From the NCBI GenBank assembly GCA_964016885.1, contig OZ024742.1:277202001-277266000 (forward strand): 64,000 nucleotides of DNA, written 5' to 3'. The first letter of the stretch is position 1. Each line of letters starts with the position of its first letter. Below are positions 1 to 12,760 of the stretch, one piece after another. The notes under the pieces were generated by a model that had not been told where the DNA came from, did no database searches, and saw nothing but the letters and a program-made list of their open reading frames with translations. The stretch comes from Eledone cirrhosa (lineage: Eukaryota). A program made the translations under genes and the position numbers.

Positions 1-195
1 TATATCTCTTTCTCACTTTCTATCTTTCTCCGGAAGAAATCTGCTATACTCAGGCCTGGAGATGAATGGGCTCCACCAAGCTTAAAATGCCCAGGAAACG
101 CCATATGTCAATATGGCGCCCCAACAACTCTATCAGGAGTTATGGGACCATACCATAGCATTTTATTTTGTATTTTTGTTATTTCATAAATTTAG

Positions 196-220
196 AATTA
201 GACTGAAGAAAAAATATGAG
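196..220 (+). other. candidate 25-nt micro-exon of an unidentified host gene (xIRLKKKYE)
   Basis: T-rich tract ending TTTAG acceptor, then AATTAGACTGAAGAAAAAATATGAG and a GAG|GTAAGA donor; no homology recognised. Confidence 0.25.
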
Positions 221-339
221 GTAAGAAATGAAAAAGTTGGTGTGTGTATATGCAGAAAACAAATGAAATTGCATTAATTAAAGAAGTAAATTATTGAAAT
301 AAAATAGAAGTCAAAATAAAAAGATAATAATGATGAGAA

Positions 340-490
340 AAATGCTTTTTTATATTGCCATAAGGTTTGTTGAGGAGAGAGATATAGAGGATTGAATCAA
401 CTCCATTACATAAACTTGTTCTTATTTTATCATCACTGGAAAGATGAAAGCATAGACAGTCTCAATGACATTTGAACACAGATTATTTGC
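340..490 (-). mobile_element. degenerate tRNA-derived SINE (family with Deu/Nin-like core)
   Basis: Reverse-complement similarity to the 3372-3600 copy (ttattttatcatcactggaaagatgaaag...atttgaac). Confidence 0.5.
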
Positions 491-562
491 TCAGAATGGG
501 TGGTAAGATAATCTCACTGCAGTATCAGAAATGATATGTTACTTTGCTTGACTGAAATCACA

Positions 563-774
563 TTAACTCTTAATGTCCTATACTCCATCAAACTGCATTA
601 GTAATACATTCTTCAAAAGTACAAAAACTGCATTGGAACTGTATTACATTAAAGATTTTAGTTTACTGCAAATTTTCTCAATGATCTGTGTTCTTGTAAA
701 TATATTATAAACATTTGAATTAACAAACTGATTTTTAGATGTTTTCTGCTAAATCATTAGATGTTAAGACTTAA
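563..774. mobile_element. TTAA-flanked MITE (piggyBac-type), copy 1
   Basis: Imperfect TIR TTAACTCTTAATGTC...GATGTTAAGACTTAA; internal similarity to 866-1087 and 11467-11661. Confidence 0.6.
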
Positions 775-865
775 GTAGTATAACTTCTGCTACCAACTGT
801 AATTTATTGATAATTTTAGTTGTATGATTCATGTTTTTGGAACCAGTCCTTTACACAATACTATA

Positions 866-1087
866 TTAACTCTGAACATCCTGTATCACACAAAACTGTA
901 TTAGCAACATATTTCTTGAAAAGTATAAAAATAGCGCTATGACTGCATCACATTAAAAATTGAAGTCTCATATCACAAATTGTCAGGGAATCTGTTCACT
1001 AGTAAAGTTACTAAAAAAAATATTTGAATCCCCAAAAAACATTTTTAGATATTTTCTGCTGAATCATTACAGGTTGTTAAGAATTAA
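866..1087. mobile_element. TTAA-flanked MITE, copy 2
   Basis: TTAACTCTGAACATC...GTTGTTAAGAATTAA; diverged direct copy of 563-774. Confidence 0.55.
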
Positions 1088-1399
1088 AGTATTGAAATCT
1101 TTAACAGGTAATACTTATGTATGTTGGCTTGTAAGGATCACAATTGTTTTGAGATTAACATGCTTGGCAAATGACTACATAGTCATAAGTTCAAATTGTA
1201 GTACATCCATTGTTTCGTGGTTTAAGGCAAAAGTAAAAATAGTTTTTGCTCTTACTTCACAGTTCAGTGGCTAGTGGTAGAAAGGGAATCCAATTGTAAA
1301 AATATATATGTCTAGTCACGCTGTCAGCAGAAGAGGGTAACTATGGAAGAGAAAGAAGTGAGGTTAAACTTCTTGTTATTGGACCTGTATGAAGAGATC

Positions 1400-1640
1400 T
1401 GATCTTGTGACTATAAGGTCAGTGGTTTGATCTCCCATCTAGGCCAAGTCCTTGTATAAAGCTCTTCATTTCATGTTGCTCCAGTTTACTAAGCTAGAAA
1501 GATAAGTACTAGCAGCAGCTGGAAGTTAACCATGCAATGGATTAGTGTCCTGTCCAAAGGGAAGTATTCTACTTTTAATCACTTAATGCCACACGAAACA
1601 AGCCTGATGAGCATCTAGGACCAAGACAGACTTTTTTTTA
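1400..1640 (+). mobile_element. degenerate tRNA-derived SINE
   Basis: B-box-like GGTTTGATC and core tttcatgttgctccagttt shared with 2495-2820. Confidence 0.45.
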
Positions 1641-2494
1641 ATACTAGACATTACTGAAGAGATAGTGGAATGCTGACATAACTGGAATTATGTTGACTGT
1701 AACTACATTCCAGCTTATACTAGCATAGAAATATAAATTATGATGATAATGATGGTATATATGAAGCAAGTGGATTAGTCTGAAACTGTTAGGGTGGGCG
1801 ATTGGCTCAGAAGATTTATTGTATTTAGTTTGGCGCCTTATGTTGCTGGGTTCAAATGCTATTGTGGTGTCAGTAAAAGTAAAATAAATACCTGTAGTAT
1901 GCGAAGGTCAACCCCTTAAAAAAAAAAAAAAAAAGCTGGAATTCAATGTATAACTCACTATGCAAAATTTACTTTTTGAAATTAATTTTTCTTACAAAAG
2001 TCTTATAACTTAACCTGATGTAAAAAATCACTTAGAACTATGTGAATGATGAAATGGTTGGCACCTTTCTCTTGGAATGTCCTCGTATAATAACAGAACA
2101 TTTTTTTTGTATGGCTGTCACTCTGAGTTTCAACGTTAGCTAAATGAAGTCCTTAAAGAGGAATTAATTTTGTGTTGGTCCCAAATTAAAGACATGGTTT
2201 TCCATGATGCTAATGAGTTTTAACCTAGACATAAGGCCACAAATTTTGGAGTTGGAGTGTAGTCTATTTCATTAACTCCAATATTTGACTAATACTTAAT
2301 TTTATTGCAGTCAGATTTGAACCCATTATGAAAAGATGAAACTAATTTCATTATCACAATAAAAAATATTGCTAGTCATAATATATTCATGTACGAAAAA
2401 AAAAAAAAAATTCACACACATACACACACTCTTAGATGTCATACTTATAATGGTGGTTATTATATAATTATATCCTTACTAGCACCAGTGAAGG

Positions 2495-2820
2495 TACATA
2501 TATGGCTTAGTGGTTAGAGCATCGAACTTACAATCGTGAGGTTGTGGGTTTGATTCTCGGACCGGGCATTGCATTGTGTTCTTGAGCAAGACACTTTATT
2601 TCACATTGCTCCAGTTCCCTTAGCTGTAATGAGATGGGATGTCCCATTGCCTTTCTCTTGGACAACATTGGCGGTATGGAGAGGGGCGACTGATAAGCAT
2701 GGGGGACTGCTGGTCTTTCACAAACAACGTTGCTCGGACTTGTACCTCGGAGGGGAACTTTCTAGGTGCACATTCTATGGTCATTTGTGACAGAAGGGGG
2801 GGGGGAGGTCTTTACCCTTT
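2495..2820 (+). mobile_element. tRNA-derived SINE (family 1)
   Basis: A box TGGCTTAGTGG, B-box-like GGTTTGATTC, core gtgttcttgagcaagacactttatttcacattgctccagtt; other copies at 9545-9712 (-) and 17697-17945 (+). Confidence 0.75.
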
Positions 2821-3189
2821 TACTCTTTACTAGCACCAACATTAATGGTTCAGTATCCTTGATGTCCCAAACAAACCCCGAATACCAAAACACTCAGCCA
2901 ATCAGTTTGGCACTTCAGCAGGCCCAATGAATAGCCTTTGTTCCCTCCTACCCTAGTAGTTTAAGTAGTAGTAGTAGTTTAACTAGTTGGAAGAGAAGGC
3001 AAAATGCCTAACAAAAATGTTTTGCAGTGTTTAGCCTTGTCTCTTGATGTTCTGCTTACCCCCTCACCCGATATGTGTTCAAAACTCATCTGTTCCAAGA
3101 TTTATAAAATAAATAGTATTCATACACTAGCATCAGTGAAATCAACAGTCCCCTCACCCTCTATGAAAAATTAACTTGTATCTAGTCAA

Positions 3190-3362
3190 AAGGGAGCTGA
3201 GTTCAAAATTAACCAAGGATCAGCTTCATCTATCTTTTATAGTTGATAAAATAAGTATGAGTAATATAATGGAGGTTTATTCAATCAATTATACATCCCC
3301 ACCTCCATCATAAACCTGTAGCCTTCTGCCAATATAAGAAAGAATCACTATTATTATTATTA
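3190..3362 (+). mobile_element. degenerate SINE (family 2, 3' part)
   Basis: ctgagttcaaa...gttgataaaataagta...(ATT)n tail, similar to 3372-3600. Confidence 0.5.
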
Positions 3363-3371
3363 AAAAAATAG

Positions 3372-3600
3372 GGGCCATGGATTGGCAGTAATTGGTAAAG
3401 CGTCGGACAACATGCTTTGCAGCATAGAGTTACGGCCCTTTACATTCTGAGTTCAAATCCTGCCAAGGTTAGCTTTGCCTTTCACCCTTATGGGGTTGAT
3501 AAAATAAAGTACCAGTCACACACTGGGGTCGATTTAATCAACTTTCCTCTCCCCCCAAATTGCTGGCCTTGTGCCTAAATCAGAAACCATTATTATTATT
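3372..3600 (+). mobile_element. tRNA-derived SINE (family 2, Deu/Nin-like central domain)
   Basis: tRNA-like head (TTGGCAGTAATTGG ... GAGTTCAAATCC), core gcctttcacccttatggggttgataaaataaagtaccag, (ATT)n tail; many copies in the window. Confidence 0.75.
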
Positions 3601-4423
3601 AATTATTATACAATATTATATTGATAAAACACAAATGCAGTCAATGATAATATAGGACTGATAATATAATTACCAAATACATCATATTTATATATTTCAA
3701 AAGTTATATATTCATATTATAACTATTTATTTATAATATAGTTAAAATTTATATATTCATAATGTAATTAATATATATTCTTAATAAAATCAAATGTTGC
3801 TATTTACATATGTGTATATTAATGATAAATTTATGATGAATTTAAAATACACTGAAAATAAAATTACAATCAATATTTATATATTATTAATGAAATTTAA
3901 AAATACCCACACAATACCTTGTCTCTTAAGTTTTGGAAAATAAAAGCAGCTAAAAAATGCCTACATATTGCAGAGAGACTGTAACGATGTGTTAAGTATG
4001 TATGTATATGTGTGTATGTGTGTGTGTATATATATATATATATATAATAGTAATAAACAAAATATATATACTTTATATCATCTCTATTTATTTCATTATA
4101 TATATTTTGAAGATGCAAAGTTTTAAGTATAACATAACCCAGAACATGTCCTCTTCAGACAAAATACATATGAGATGTATAATTTTTCATGTTATGATAT
4201 GCTGGTAGCCAATGCGCTGGACAGATTGGTGACCACCAAGCACATATATATATATATAATGTGTGTGTGTGTGTATAAATATATATATTCTAAAATATTT
4301 TTCCATATGCTAATTATATTTCTTAACATTAGAATATTAGATTGAAAAAGAAGAAATGTTACTATAAAACCTATATATATATATATATATGCATAAATGC
4401 ATATATATATATTATATATATAT

Positions 4424-5086
4424 AAGCATAAATGAACTAAATGAAAAATTAGGAATAAGAGGGATCAGATGCTGTTTACTCGAGAGAAGACTACGTTGGT
4501 ATGGTCACGTGATGCGCATGAAAGACGACAGCTGTATAAAAAAGTACAGGGGGATCAAAATAGACGGTAGCCACGGAGTAGGCAGACCCAGAAAAACCTG
4601 GGACGACTTGATAAATTCCGACCTCACACACTTACACCTCTCCAAGACAATGTCACTGGACCGAGATCTTTGGCGCTACGCAGTAATACAGAAGACCCGC
4701 CTTGCCTAAGTGCAAAGCGAAACCTACAGTCAGTAGGCACCTCTTACCAAAATACACCCCCGTCCCACTACCCCCAGCCCATCCACACCACCCCTTTCGA
4801 TGTAAAGTTATGTTGGTATCACAACATCCAGTCCTAAATAAATGAGGTCGTGTAGGTGTCACGACAAAAAAACACAGTCCACGCTGTAATGTGGCTGTAT
4901 AGGTAACATGGTAAAAACCTCCCAGTCCACACTGTAAACGTGGTTGGTGTTAGGAAGGGCATCCAGCCGTAGAAAACCCACCAGACAGTCCTATATGAGC
5001 AAGACAACCAATCTTGCCTCAAGTGGGAAAATTCCCGTCCAAACCCATGCTAGCGTGGAAGATGGACGTTAAACGATGATGATGAT
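4424..5086 (+). mobile_element. 5'-truncated RTE LINE 3' end (same subfamily as 18108-20584)
   Basis: Encodes LGIRGIRCCLLERRLRWYGHVMRM...GRPRKTW; the 3' UTR matches the element at 18108-18510; (GAT)n tail; flanked by (TA)n. Confidence 0.9.
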
Positions 5087-5361
5087 ATATATATATATAT
5101 TCTCAATGGTTGAAGTATAAAAAATAAAGGAATTTTAGATGAAAAACTTTTCTGAAGAAAATTCTAAAATTTCTGATTTTATAATCTCACATCCTCAGGA
5201 TGAGTCTCTATTGCTTGAAATGTGTTAGTTTGACAGCATATTGACTGTTTGGTGCTTCTTATTCTTTATATATCAGCTCTGTATGAACCCCATTGCATCA
5301 AGCTTTAAACCCTCTGGTTAAGTCTATACCCAATAATAGCAACACTGCTATTATTAATGTT

Positions 5362-5394
<33 letters not shown>

Positions 5395-7299
5395 AATTCA
5401 GTTTTAATGTTAAACTTTGCTTTTATTATAAAGTGTTGTGTCTTCACACTGTCTGTCAAAGTGTGTCTTTTTGTTGTTGTGTTTATGCATATGTGCACAC
5501 AAACCTTTACCAAATTACTTCTGTGTATGCACCTTTATTCATAGACATATTGATGAATTGCACATACATATGGACATGAAACACAAGGAATAAACATATT
5601 AAAACTGGTTAATGTGTAAAGTGATTGCTATTTAATCTTTTGAATAACTTGATTTACTATATAGTTGTAGTTGAGTAAGTCATATTAACTATTAATTTCA
5701 TGTATCAAGAAAATATTCACAATATTTAAGACAGTTCTTTTGTATGTATGTATGTATTTAAGTGTTCATTAATAGAATAAAAGATAGTTGCTTGTAAAGT
5801 GACAGGATTCATTTGTTTAAGCCATGACACCAACAAACATTTAAATTATGCAAATAAGAGTACATGTGTGTATGCAGTGGGTGTATATATGTTCCTCCAA
5901 TAAAATCAGATGGAGAATCTTTGAAATGTTTTCACAAATTTATATTGTCCAATATATGTGTTTGTCTGTGTATTCTACTAGTCTTAACCATACTGAGACT
6001 GCTGTTTAAAAGACCCACACACACACATATAATGTCATTTGATGTATTTTACAATATTCATTCTTACTAGAACTTTATTATAGCTATATTTACCTTGAAA
6101 TTTTTATTATTATTTTTATTTCATTGTAATTGGTTTTATATTTCTGGTGTAGGATTTCTGATCCAGGCTAGCAATTCCTCCATTTTGGAAAGGATCAAAT
6201 TTTGAATCATAACAATTTATAACTGTTTAATTTTTATTGTTGTTTGTCTTTTTCAATATGAATTTTTTTACATCTTAGAAATAATAAAATAATAACCAAT
6301 TTCTCATTCTTATATTTATTATGTTAAAAAATAATTATTATTTGAAATAAAAAAATTGTTATTTTAGAGAGAGAATATGATTTGCAAAAGAAAGAAATCA
6401 ATAAAAATGTGTCAGAAAAAATGAAGAAGTTATGCCCATCTCTCAGTTATTACAAGAAATGTTGGTATTGCCTCTGAAAATTTTTGAAGCAGCCGAAATC
6501 ATTCACAGCATTACCACATGTGATAGCAAAGTGGAGGCACTGGAATATCCAAGCACTCTCACAAACATCATTTGAAACTTCAGTAAGACATGACACCAAT
6601 TATGACACAAACTTTGTCAACAGATCAGTTCTCCTGAACATCTTGAATGCTAAAGGCTGAAAAATGTTATTTGCCACTAACCTGTGATATCTCAGTAATT
6701 TATTCCATTTGGCTAGAAAGATGCAGTGGAAATAAACTGTGAAATAGAATGGCCCAGGAAAACGTGGATAGAAGCAGTAGAGGTGGATCCTGAACTACGC
6801 AATGGAAATCACAAATGAATACTACAACTATGTTCAAGAGGACCTATACAAACATGTAAAAAATTGAATATAAAAATGATGATTATTAGATGTACACACA
6901 CACACACACACACGGCAAAAAAAAAGTAAAAATAATTGCATGTTTATATGGTGTAGGAACATAGCCACTAGCAATGGGTCACAATAACTTAGGGAAAATT
7001 AATTCATATGGATAATCTGAAAGGTAATAATTATGATTAATGTTTCACTTTAGCACATGACAAAAAATTATAGAAGAAGTTTGTAGTTAATTAAATCAAC
7101 ATAGAACATGACTAATCTTTATTTTATTGACCTCCTCTCAAGATGGATACAATGTAATATTGTTTTTTGTAAAGAAACTAACTTATGGCAGTAGATGTTA
7201 AAATTGATGGAGCTCTGAGCAAAATACTTTGTAATATTTAGTTACATGCTTTAATATTCTGAGTGTATATTTTGCTGTGGAGATCGGTGTTTAGAAAGC

Positions 7300-7660
7300 A
7301 TAATAACCAAAGTAAGAACTAGAGTGGAAAAAGTTAAGAGAGCAACAGATTTTTCTGAATGAAAGGCAAATTAAAAGATGCTTGTGTATGAAGTGTGATG
7401 TTGCATGGTAATGAGACATAGGCATTGAATGTGGAAGATGTGTGAAGGCTGTAAAATATGGGGTCAATATACTCCACTGATATGTTAGGGTACATGAACA
7501 ACAGAGTCCATGTAAGAGGAATCAGATGCAATGTACAAAAGAGAAGACAATGCTGGTACAGACGTTTTATGTGTATGGATGATAGTTATGTAAAGCAATG
7601 CAGGGTGATTCATGTAGGAGATATGGAGAGAAGTAGTGAGGTCTAACCTCACAAGGCTGA
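7300..7660 (+). mobile_element. degenerate RTE LINE C-terminal fragment
   Basis: Decayed MKGKLKDACV.SVMLHGNET.ALNVEDV and VRGIRC...RRQCWY, homologous to 16671-17000. Confidence 0.7.
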
Positions 7661-7664
7661 ATGA

Positions 7665-7855
7665 TGTGAGTGGATTGGCAGTATTGGTAGAGCGCTGGAC
7701 ACCATGCTTCACAGCATGGAGTTATGGTCCTTTATGTTCTGAGTTCAAATCCCGTCTAGGTTAACTTTGCCTTTCATCCTTACGGGATCGATAAAATAAG
7801 CACCAGTAATTCACTGGGGTAATTGCTGGCCTTGTGCCAAAAGTAGAAAATTATT
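7665..7855 (+). mobile_element. tRNA-derived SINE (family 2)
   Basis: ggattggcagtattggtag...gagttcaaatccc...gcctttcatccttacgggatcgataaaataagcaccag. Confidence 0.75.
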
Positions 7856-7859
7856 TACA

Positions 7860-8728
7860 TGAACAGGATTAACATGCACAACTGGGGTGGAAGTAGTGTC
7901 ACAACTGGCAGGTGTAGGATCAGTTGACTGGAATTTGCAGACAACATGGTATTACTTATCAGAAGGCGATCTTCAACATGCACTTGATAGGTTTGCTGCT
8001 AAGTATTATATGGCTGGAATGAAAATCATTCCTATGGGGACTGAAATACTTGTCATTTCAAGGAAGGCTGCGCACTTCATTGTACATGTGTGTAGAGTTC
8101 CACTGAAGCAGGTGGAGAAGTTCAAATATCTCACGGCTGTATTCATGTGTGATAGGAGGCAGGAGATTGGATTAAGTGCAGAAATTTCAGGAGCTGGTGC
8201 AGTAATGCACCAGCTTCATTTGGTCAACAGAGACGGGAAGGTAAGTCTAAAAGTCAAATTTGCTATCTTTAATTTGGTATTTGTGCCAAGCCTTACCTAT
8301 AGTCATGAATCTTGGGTAATGACTGAAAGAATATGATCATGAATACAAGCAACCGAAATGGAGTTTCTCTGAAGGTCTTTGGAGTAACATTACTCAATAG
8401 AGTGCATAGCGCAAAGATCAGAGAGTCACTCTAGGAAGAGCCACTACTTCTTTGAATTGAGTGATCACAGCTCTGATACTATGGGCATATGGTTACAATG
8501 TCTCAGGAAATAATTGCTGGTCAGATTTTACAGGTAAAACCAACCAGCAGGTGACCCAGGGAATTACCCTGAGGAAGATGTTTGGATAACATCCATGAGT
8601 TCAGTTGGTCTTGCTTGGGGATCCTGCTAAATCAATTGGAGATGGTTCCTTCTGACAGGACCGCTGGCATGTTTGAGGACTGTGTCTCCATGACCCTCTT
8701 AGGAATAAGTGGGCAAAGAAGAAGATAA
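7860..8728 (+). mobile_element. degenerate RTE LINE (second lineage, Expander/Rex3-like) RT C-terminus and 3' UTR
   Basis: DLQHALDRFAA..AGMKI..TE, LKQVEKFKYL, PSLTYSHESWVMTERI; (GAA)n tail; stops and frameshifts. Confidence 0.8.
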
Positions 8729-9367
8729 CTAAACTGACATAGAGTTGTTTGGTCATTCAAGAAAAGTTTTTAACAAGTTTAAAAGCAAACTTTCTTTTAA
8801 TATTTAGCCAGTTCTTTAAGAAGCAGAAAAGTAACAACTGTGTTTTAAGGAAATATTCCCTGCTAAAGCAGAAGTTAGCTTTGTTGGGCTTCCCACAGGT
8901 TTTATACTCATCATGAGATCATTTTTAAGGCAATGTTTTACAGCATCTGGCTGTAAAACATTCCCTACAAATATAATGATATATAAAAAAAGACAAACAA
9001 AAATACTAGAGGGTAATGCTCTGCATGAAGTGTTTACATAGAAATATAATCTCACTGTCTGAATATAGTGAGTGCAGTAAAAGTTTTAATCAATCAAGAC
9101 TAGCCTCCCAATTTCAAGACTGAAACTCCCTTTAGGAATGCCTAATTTATGGAATAAAGCATGGAAGATAACTCCTATAGCCTTGGCTGATCCAAATTTA
9201 TTGCAGCAATTTAAGACAATGTTCTGGCAGTGGACTTTGTTTATGAGTTAACATGAATGTTTCAATCTTATTAAATCTCCTTAGTGGATCATATTTACTT
9301 TGCAAGTTGGCATAATTTGGATGGTCAGATAAAGATACAAGAAAGTAGAAAGGAATAATGTGCTGAT

Positions 9368-9545
9368 TATCATCATCATCATCATTTCATTTTACGTCCG
9401 CTTTTTCCCTGCTTGCAAGGGTGGGACGGGAACTGATGCTGGCCTGATTTCTACAGCTGGATGCCCTTCCTAACACCAACCTCATTTACAGTGAGTGCTG
9501 GGTGCTTTTTTGCCGTGGCACCTCCACGACCAATTTGCAGTGGTA
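9368..9545 (-). mobile_element. RTE-related 3' UTR fragment / non-autonomous derivative
   Basis: (CAT)n tail then ctggatgcccttcctaacaccaacctcatttacagtgagtgctgggtgc, matching the 3' UTR at 17160-17300 with an internal deletion. Confidence 0.75.
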
Positions 9546-9712
9546 TGATATGGACCCCAGTCCCTATCATCTCATTTCTACAGCTGAGTAAACTGGAGCA
9601 ATGTGAAATAAAGTGTCTTGCTCAAGGAAACAACACATCACCAGGTCTGAGAATTGAACTCACAACCTTTTGATTGCAAGGCCAATGCTCTAACCACTAA
9701 GCCATGTGCCTC
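9545..9712 (-). mobile_element. tRNA-derived SINE (family 1)
   Basis: Reverse complement of 2495-2640 (ctaaccactaagcca; aaagtgtcttgctcaagg). Confidence 0.75.
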
Positions 9713-9895
9713 CATATATACATATCAATAAAGAGCATACATACAAACAGACTATTGTTGTCTGAATAGGATGAGTAGGAACTAGCCTTTATCAATATTT
9801 TTCTTCTTGATTTATCGTAGCTTTGTGCCTAAATGCTATTTAGTATTTTTAATTTGCCAATGTTGGATGTGACAGAGTTTAAGTTTCTATTGCAG

Positions 9896-9907
9896 GACAA
9901 TTTTATG
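9896..9907 (+). other. candidate 12-nt micro-exon (DNFM)
   Basis: tttctattgcag|GACAATTTTATG|gtgagt: consensus acceptor and donor, frame-preserving length. Confidence 0.25.
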
Positions 9908-10472
9908 GTGAGTTTACTCATTGTAGTATAATTCTTTATTTGTTTTTCACCCAATAACTTGGATATTCTGTTACACCAACAGAGAGAAAATTATGACTTA
10001 ACAGTTTAAATAGAGAAAAATAAAGTTAAATATACTTCTTAACTCTAAGGAAAATTAATAAAATTAATATACCCGAAACATTCTTCATGTTTGCACAAGG
10101 AACATAAAGTAAGTAGGTGATAAAATTTACATAAAATTACAATCTAAAGTCAAGTAAGTATACATAAAATTTTGTATGTTTGAAATAAAATAAAAAATAG
10201 GAACACTGCATATGTAGAAAGAAAAGAGTTCTTTCTCTGATGGAAAGCTTTGCTCAAAACAGCAGGATTGTTATTGTCCTACAATGTCTAGACATAAATA
10301 AATTTACATACTTTTCTACATTTATAAAAATTGCAGTCGTTTTTATTAACCCTTCTACAATGAAAGAATAATTTTATGAGATATAAAAGCAATAATCTTA
10401 AATAACAATTAAAAGATTCTTTAAAGATAAATATCTAAATCTCAATAGACAAACAAAGGTATTACTATATAT

Positions 10473-10746
10473 CAGAAGTCCCCAACCACTGAGCCATTTA
10501 AGATTATACCCTTGCAAGCAAGGAAAAAGCGGACGTAAAATGAAATGATGATGATAATAGATAAATTGAATTTTAAAAAGATTTGTTTAAATATTCAATA
10601 TTCATCTACTTTAATAAATTGCTCTTTTTATTATTGCTATCTTTATCGAAATGCCCTTAAATAACACATATGTGCAACTACTGGTCCATGAAAAGATTGT
10701 CCAACATGAAGCAGGTCCATGGTTTAAAAAAGGTTGGAAACCACTG
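10473..10746. mobile_element. non-autonomous hAT MITE containing an RTE 3' stub (10508-10556)
   Basis: TIR CAGAAGTCCCCAACC / GGTTGGAAACCACTG and a perfect 8-bp TSD CTATATAT at 10465-10472 and 10747-10754. Confidence 0.75.
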
Positions 10747-10824
10747 CTATATATCATCGAACTGTCTTTTTTCTGACACAGAAATGGTGATACAAGGAAC
10801 CAGTCCTGTTAATTTGTGGATACA

Positions 10825-11170
10825 GCATGGCCTAATGGCTGATAAGTTAGCTTCGCAATCATTGGATCTTAGGTTCAATCCCATTGCGTGGCATCGTGCA
10901 CATGTGTCACTTACCATAGATCCAGGTTGACCTATGCTTTGTGAGTAAAATTAAGTAGACAGAAACTGTTTGGAAGACCATCAGTTGGGCTGTAACTGTA
11001 ATTCAAGGGGCTAGCTTTGTCACATACTATATCATGCTGAATCTCCCTGAAAATTAAGTTAAGACTACATGTGTCTGTGGAATCTCAGCTACTTGAACAT
11101 TAATTTCAGTAGACTGTTCCATTATTCAAACAACTGAAATACTCATCATCGAAACTGATGGAGGTTCATT
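10825..11170 (+). mobile_element. degenerate tRNA-derived SINE-like repeat
   Basis: A box TGGCCTAATGG and B box GGTTCAATCCC followed by a ~280-bp body. Confidence 0.5.
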
Positions 11171-11466
11171 ACAATCAATTTATAAAGGTTAATACATGTT
11201 CAAGAGTAGTGACTAGAAAATGTTATTTGTAGAAGATTAACACTTGTCAAATGTTAAGCCTAACTTTTTTATGTAAAGAAACTTGATAAGGTACTATTGG
11301 TACTGTTTGCATATATATGGTGAATAACAAGCTGCTGTTCAGTCCTGTGTGTTTGACATCTGATGTCAAAAATTTAGAAGGATTTAGTAAAGTAACTGCC
11401 ATTTTAAGTTGCTGTTTGAAAAATAGGAAAATACTCTTACATATAATTATGATAGACAGTTTTGAT

Positions 11467-11661
11467 TTAACTCTTAACATCTTGTAAAGATTGAGCAGAA
11501 AATATCTAAAACAGGCTTGTTACTTCAAATGTGTATAGTATCTATACTTGTGGAAAGATTGTGAATTTTTTTTAATGTGATATCAGTCATAGTACTGTTT
11601 AATATTTTTCTAGAATGTCTTGCTAATGTGGTTTCATGTGATGCAGAATGTTAAAAGTTAA
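11467..11661. mobile_element. TTAA-flanked MITE, copy 3 (inverted relative to 563-774)
   Basis: TTAACTCTTAACATC...AATGTTAAAAGTTAA; internal agcagaaaatatctaaaa is the reverse complement of copies 1 and 2. Confidence 0.6.
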
Positions 11662-12349
11662 ATATAAATACTTTAAAATAGGCAGCTTTGTATCATTGAA
11701 GCAGTTGGGGATCAAAAGGCTATTTAGGGGTGAATGTCATAAAGCCAAAGTAATCTCATTAATCCAGCTTTCTATATCTGGTTTTACACATTTTACTTCA
11801 CATACATTGCTAATCTCCTTATTTATAGGATTAGCAGTGATTCAGCAACTTGAATGTTGCAGAATCTCAATTCCTACAAATTTAAGATGTCTAATACATA
11901 TATACAAAATTAATGTGTATCTTTCTTTTTTAGATCCATAAATAGTTTCTTTTTCGAAGCCCTAATTTTTTCCAACTTATCATCAACCACCCAACTGTTA
12001 AGTTGGACTGAAGCGTTTTTTTTTCTTAAGTCAGGTAAATTGGAGCAATTAGAAATTGATGCATTGCATAAGAGCCTAATGCAACGATATTATAAGATCT
12101 GAATTTAATACTATGTGGTTGTTATAATAGTATTTTGATATAGTATAATAGTTTTGGACTAAATGTCTTGTAGTATCTAAATATATCCCTTTATATTTCG
12201 AATTCAAATCTTGTCATGGTTAACTTTTTCTTTTATCCCTCTTATAAATTTGTAGTGCTGTGCCAATATGAGAAGTCATGAGCTGCCATATTTACTATTT
12301 ATATTTACATGTAATTGGTCTTATCAACTTTTATTTCAAGTAAGGTTTC

Positions 12350-12760
12350 ATGTTCTTAACTACTGTACCACATGGACATCCTAAACAGAATCCAGAAAAA
12401 GATCACCTAACTGATTGGCTCACCAACACACTCAAAACTCAAGCCTACAGACAAACTACCTCCTAATTCTGCCTTTTCTTTCTTTACTGCAGAGGCCTCT
12501 ACTTCACTACTGAAGCCTATACAACTTACTAGTCTCTCCTTATTGTGTTGGCTTTGCACTAACCACTACATCTGGTCATTTCTCTCCAGAATGTCATCCC
12601 TCTAGAATTCCCAATTAACCATTTTTTTTTTCCTGTACAATTTCTTGACTTCAAGAATATCAACTCCATCAACCTCACATCTCTTGGGGATTCTTCAAAG
12701 GGCATGGGCACAACCCCTTTCTCCAAACTAAACCATTGAAAAAAAATCTGTGTTGAATAT
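12350..12760 (+). mobile_element. highly decayed non-LTR retrotransposon 3' fragment (CR1/Jockey/I-like)
   Basis: Relic NRIQKK..LIG motif; similar relic at 24900-25080. Confidence 0.35.

Noticed and set aside
1590-1625. GAAAC...CTGATGAG hammerhead-like words
   Set aside because: Order and flanks do not give three stems; lies in a decayed SINE tail.
2500-2570. Stand-alone tRNA gene
   Set aside because: Poor cloverleaf and continuous with a dispersed SINE body, so it is a SINE head.
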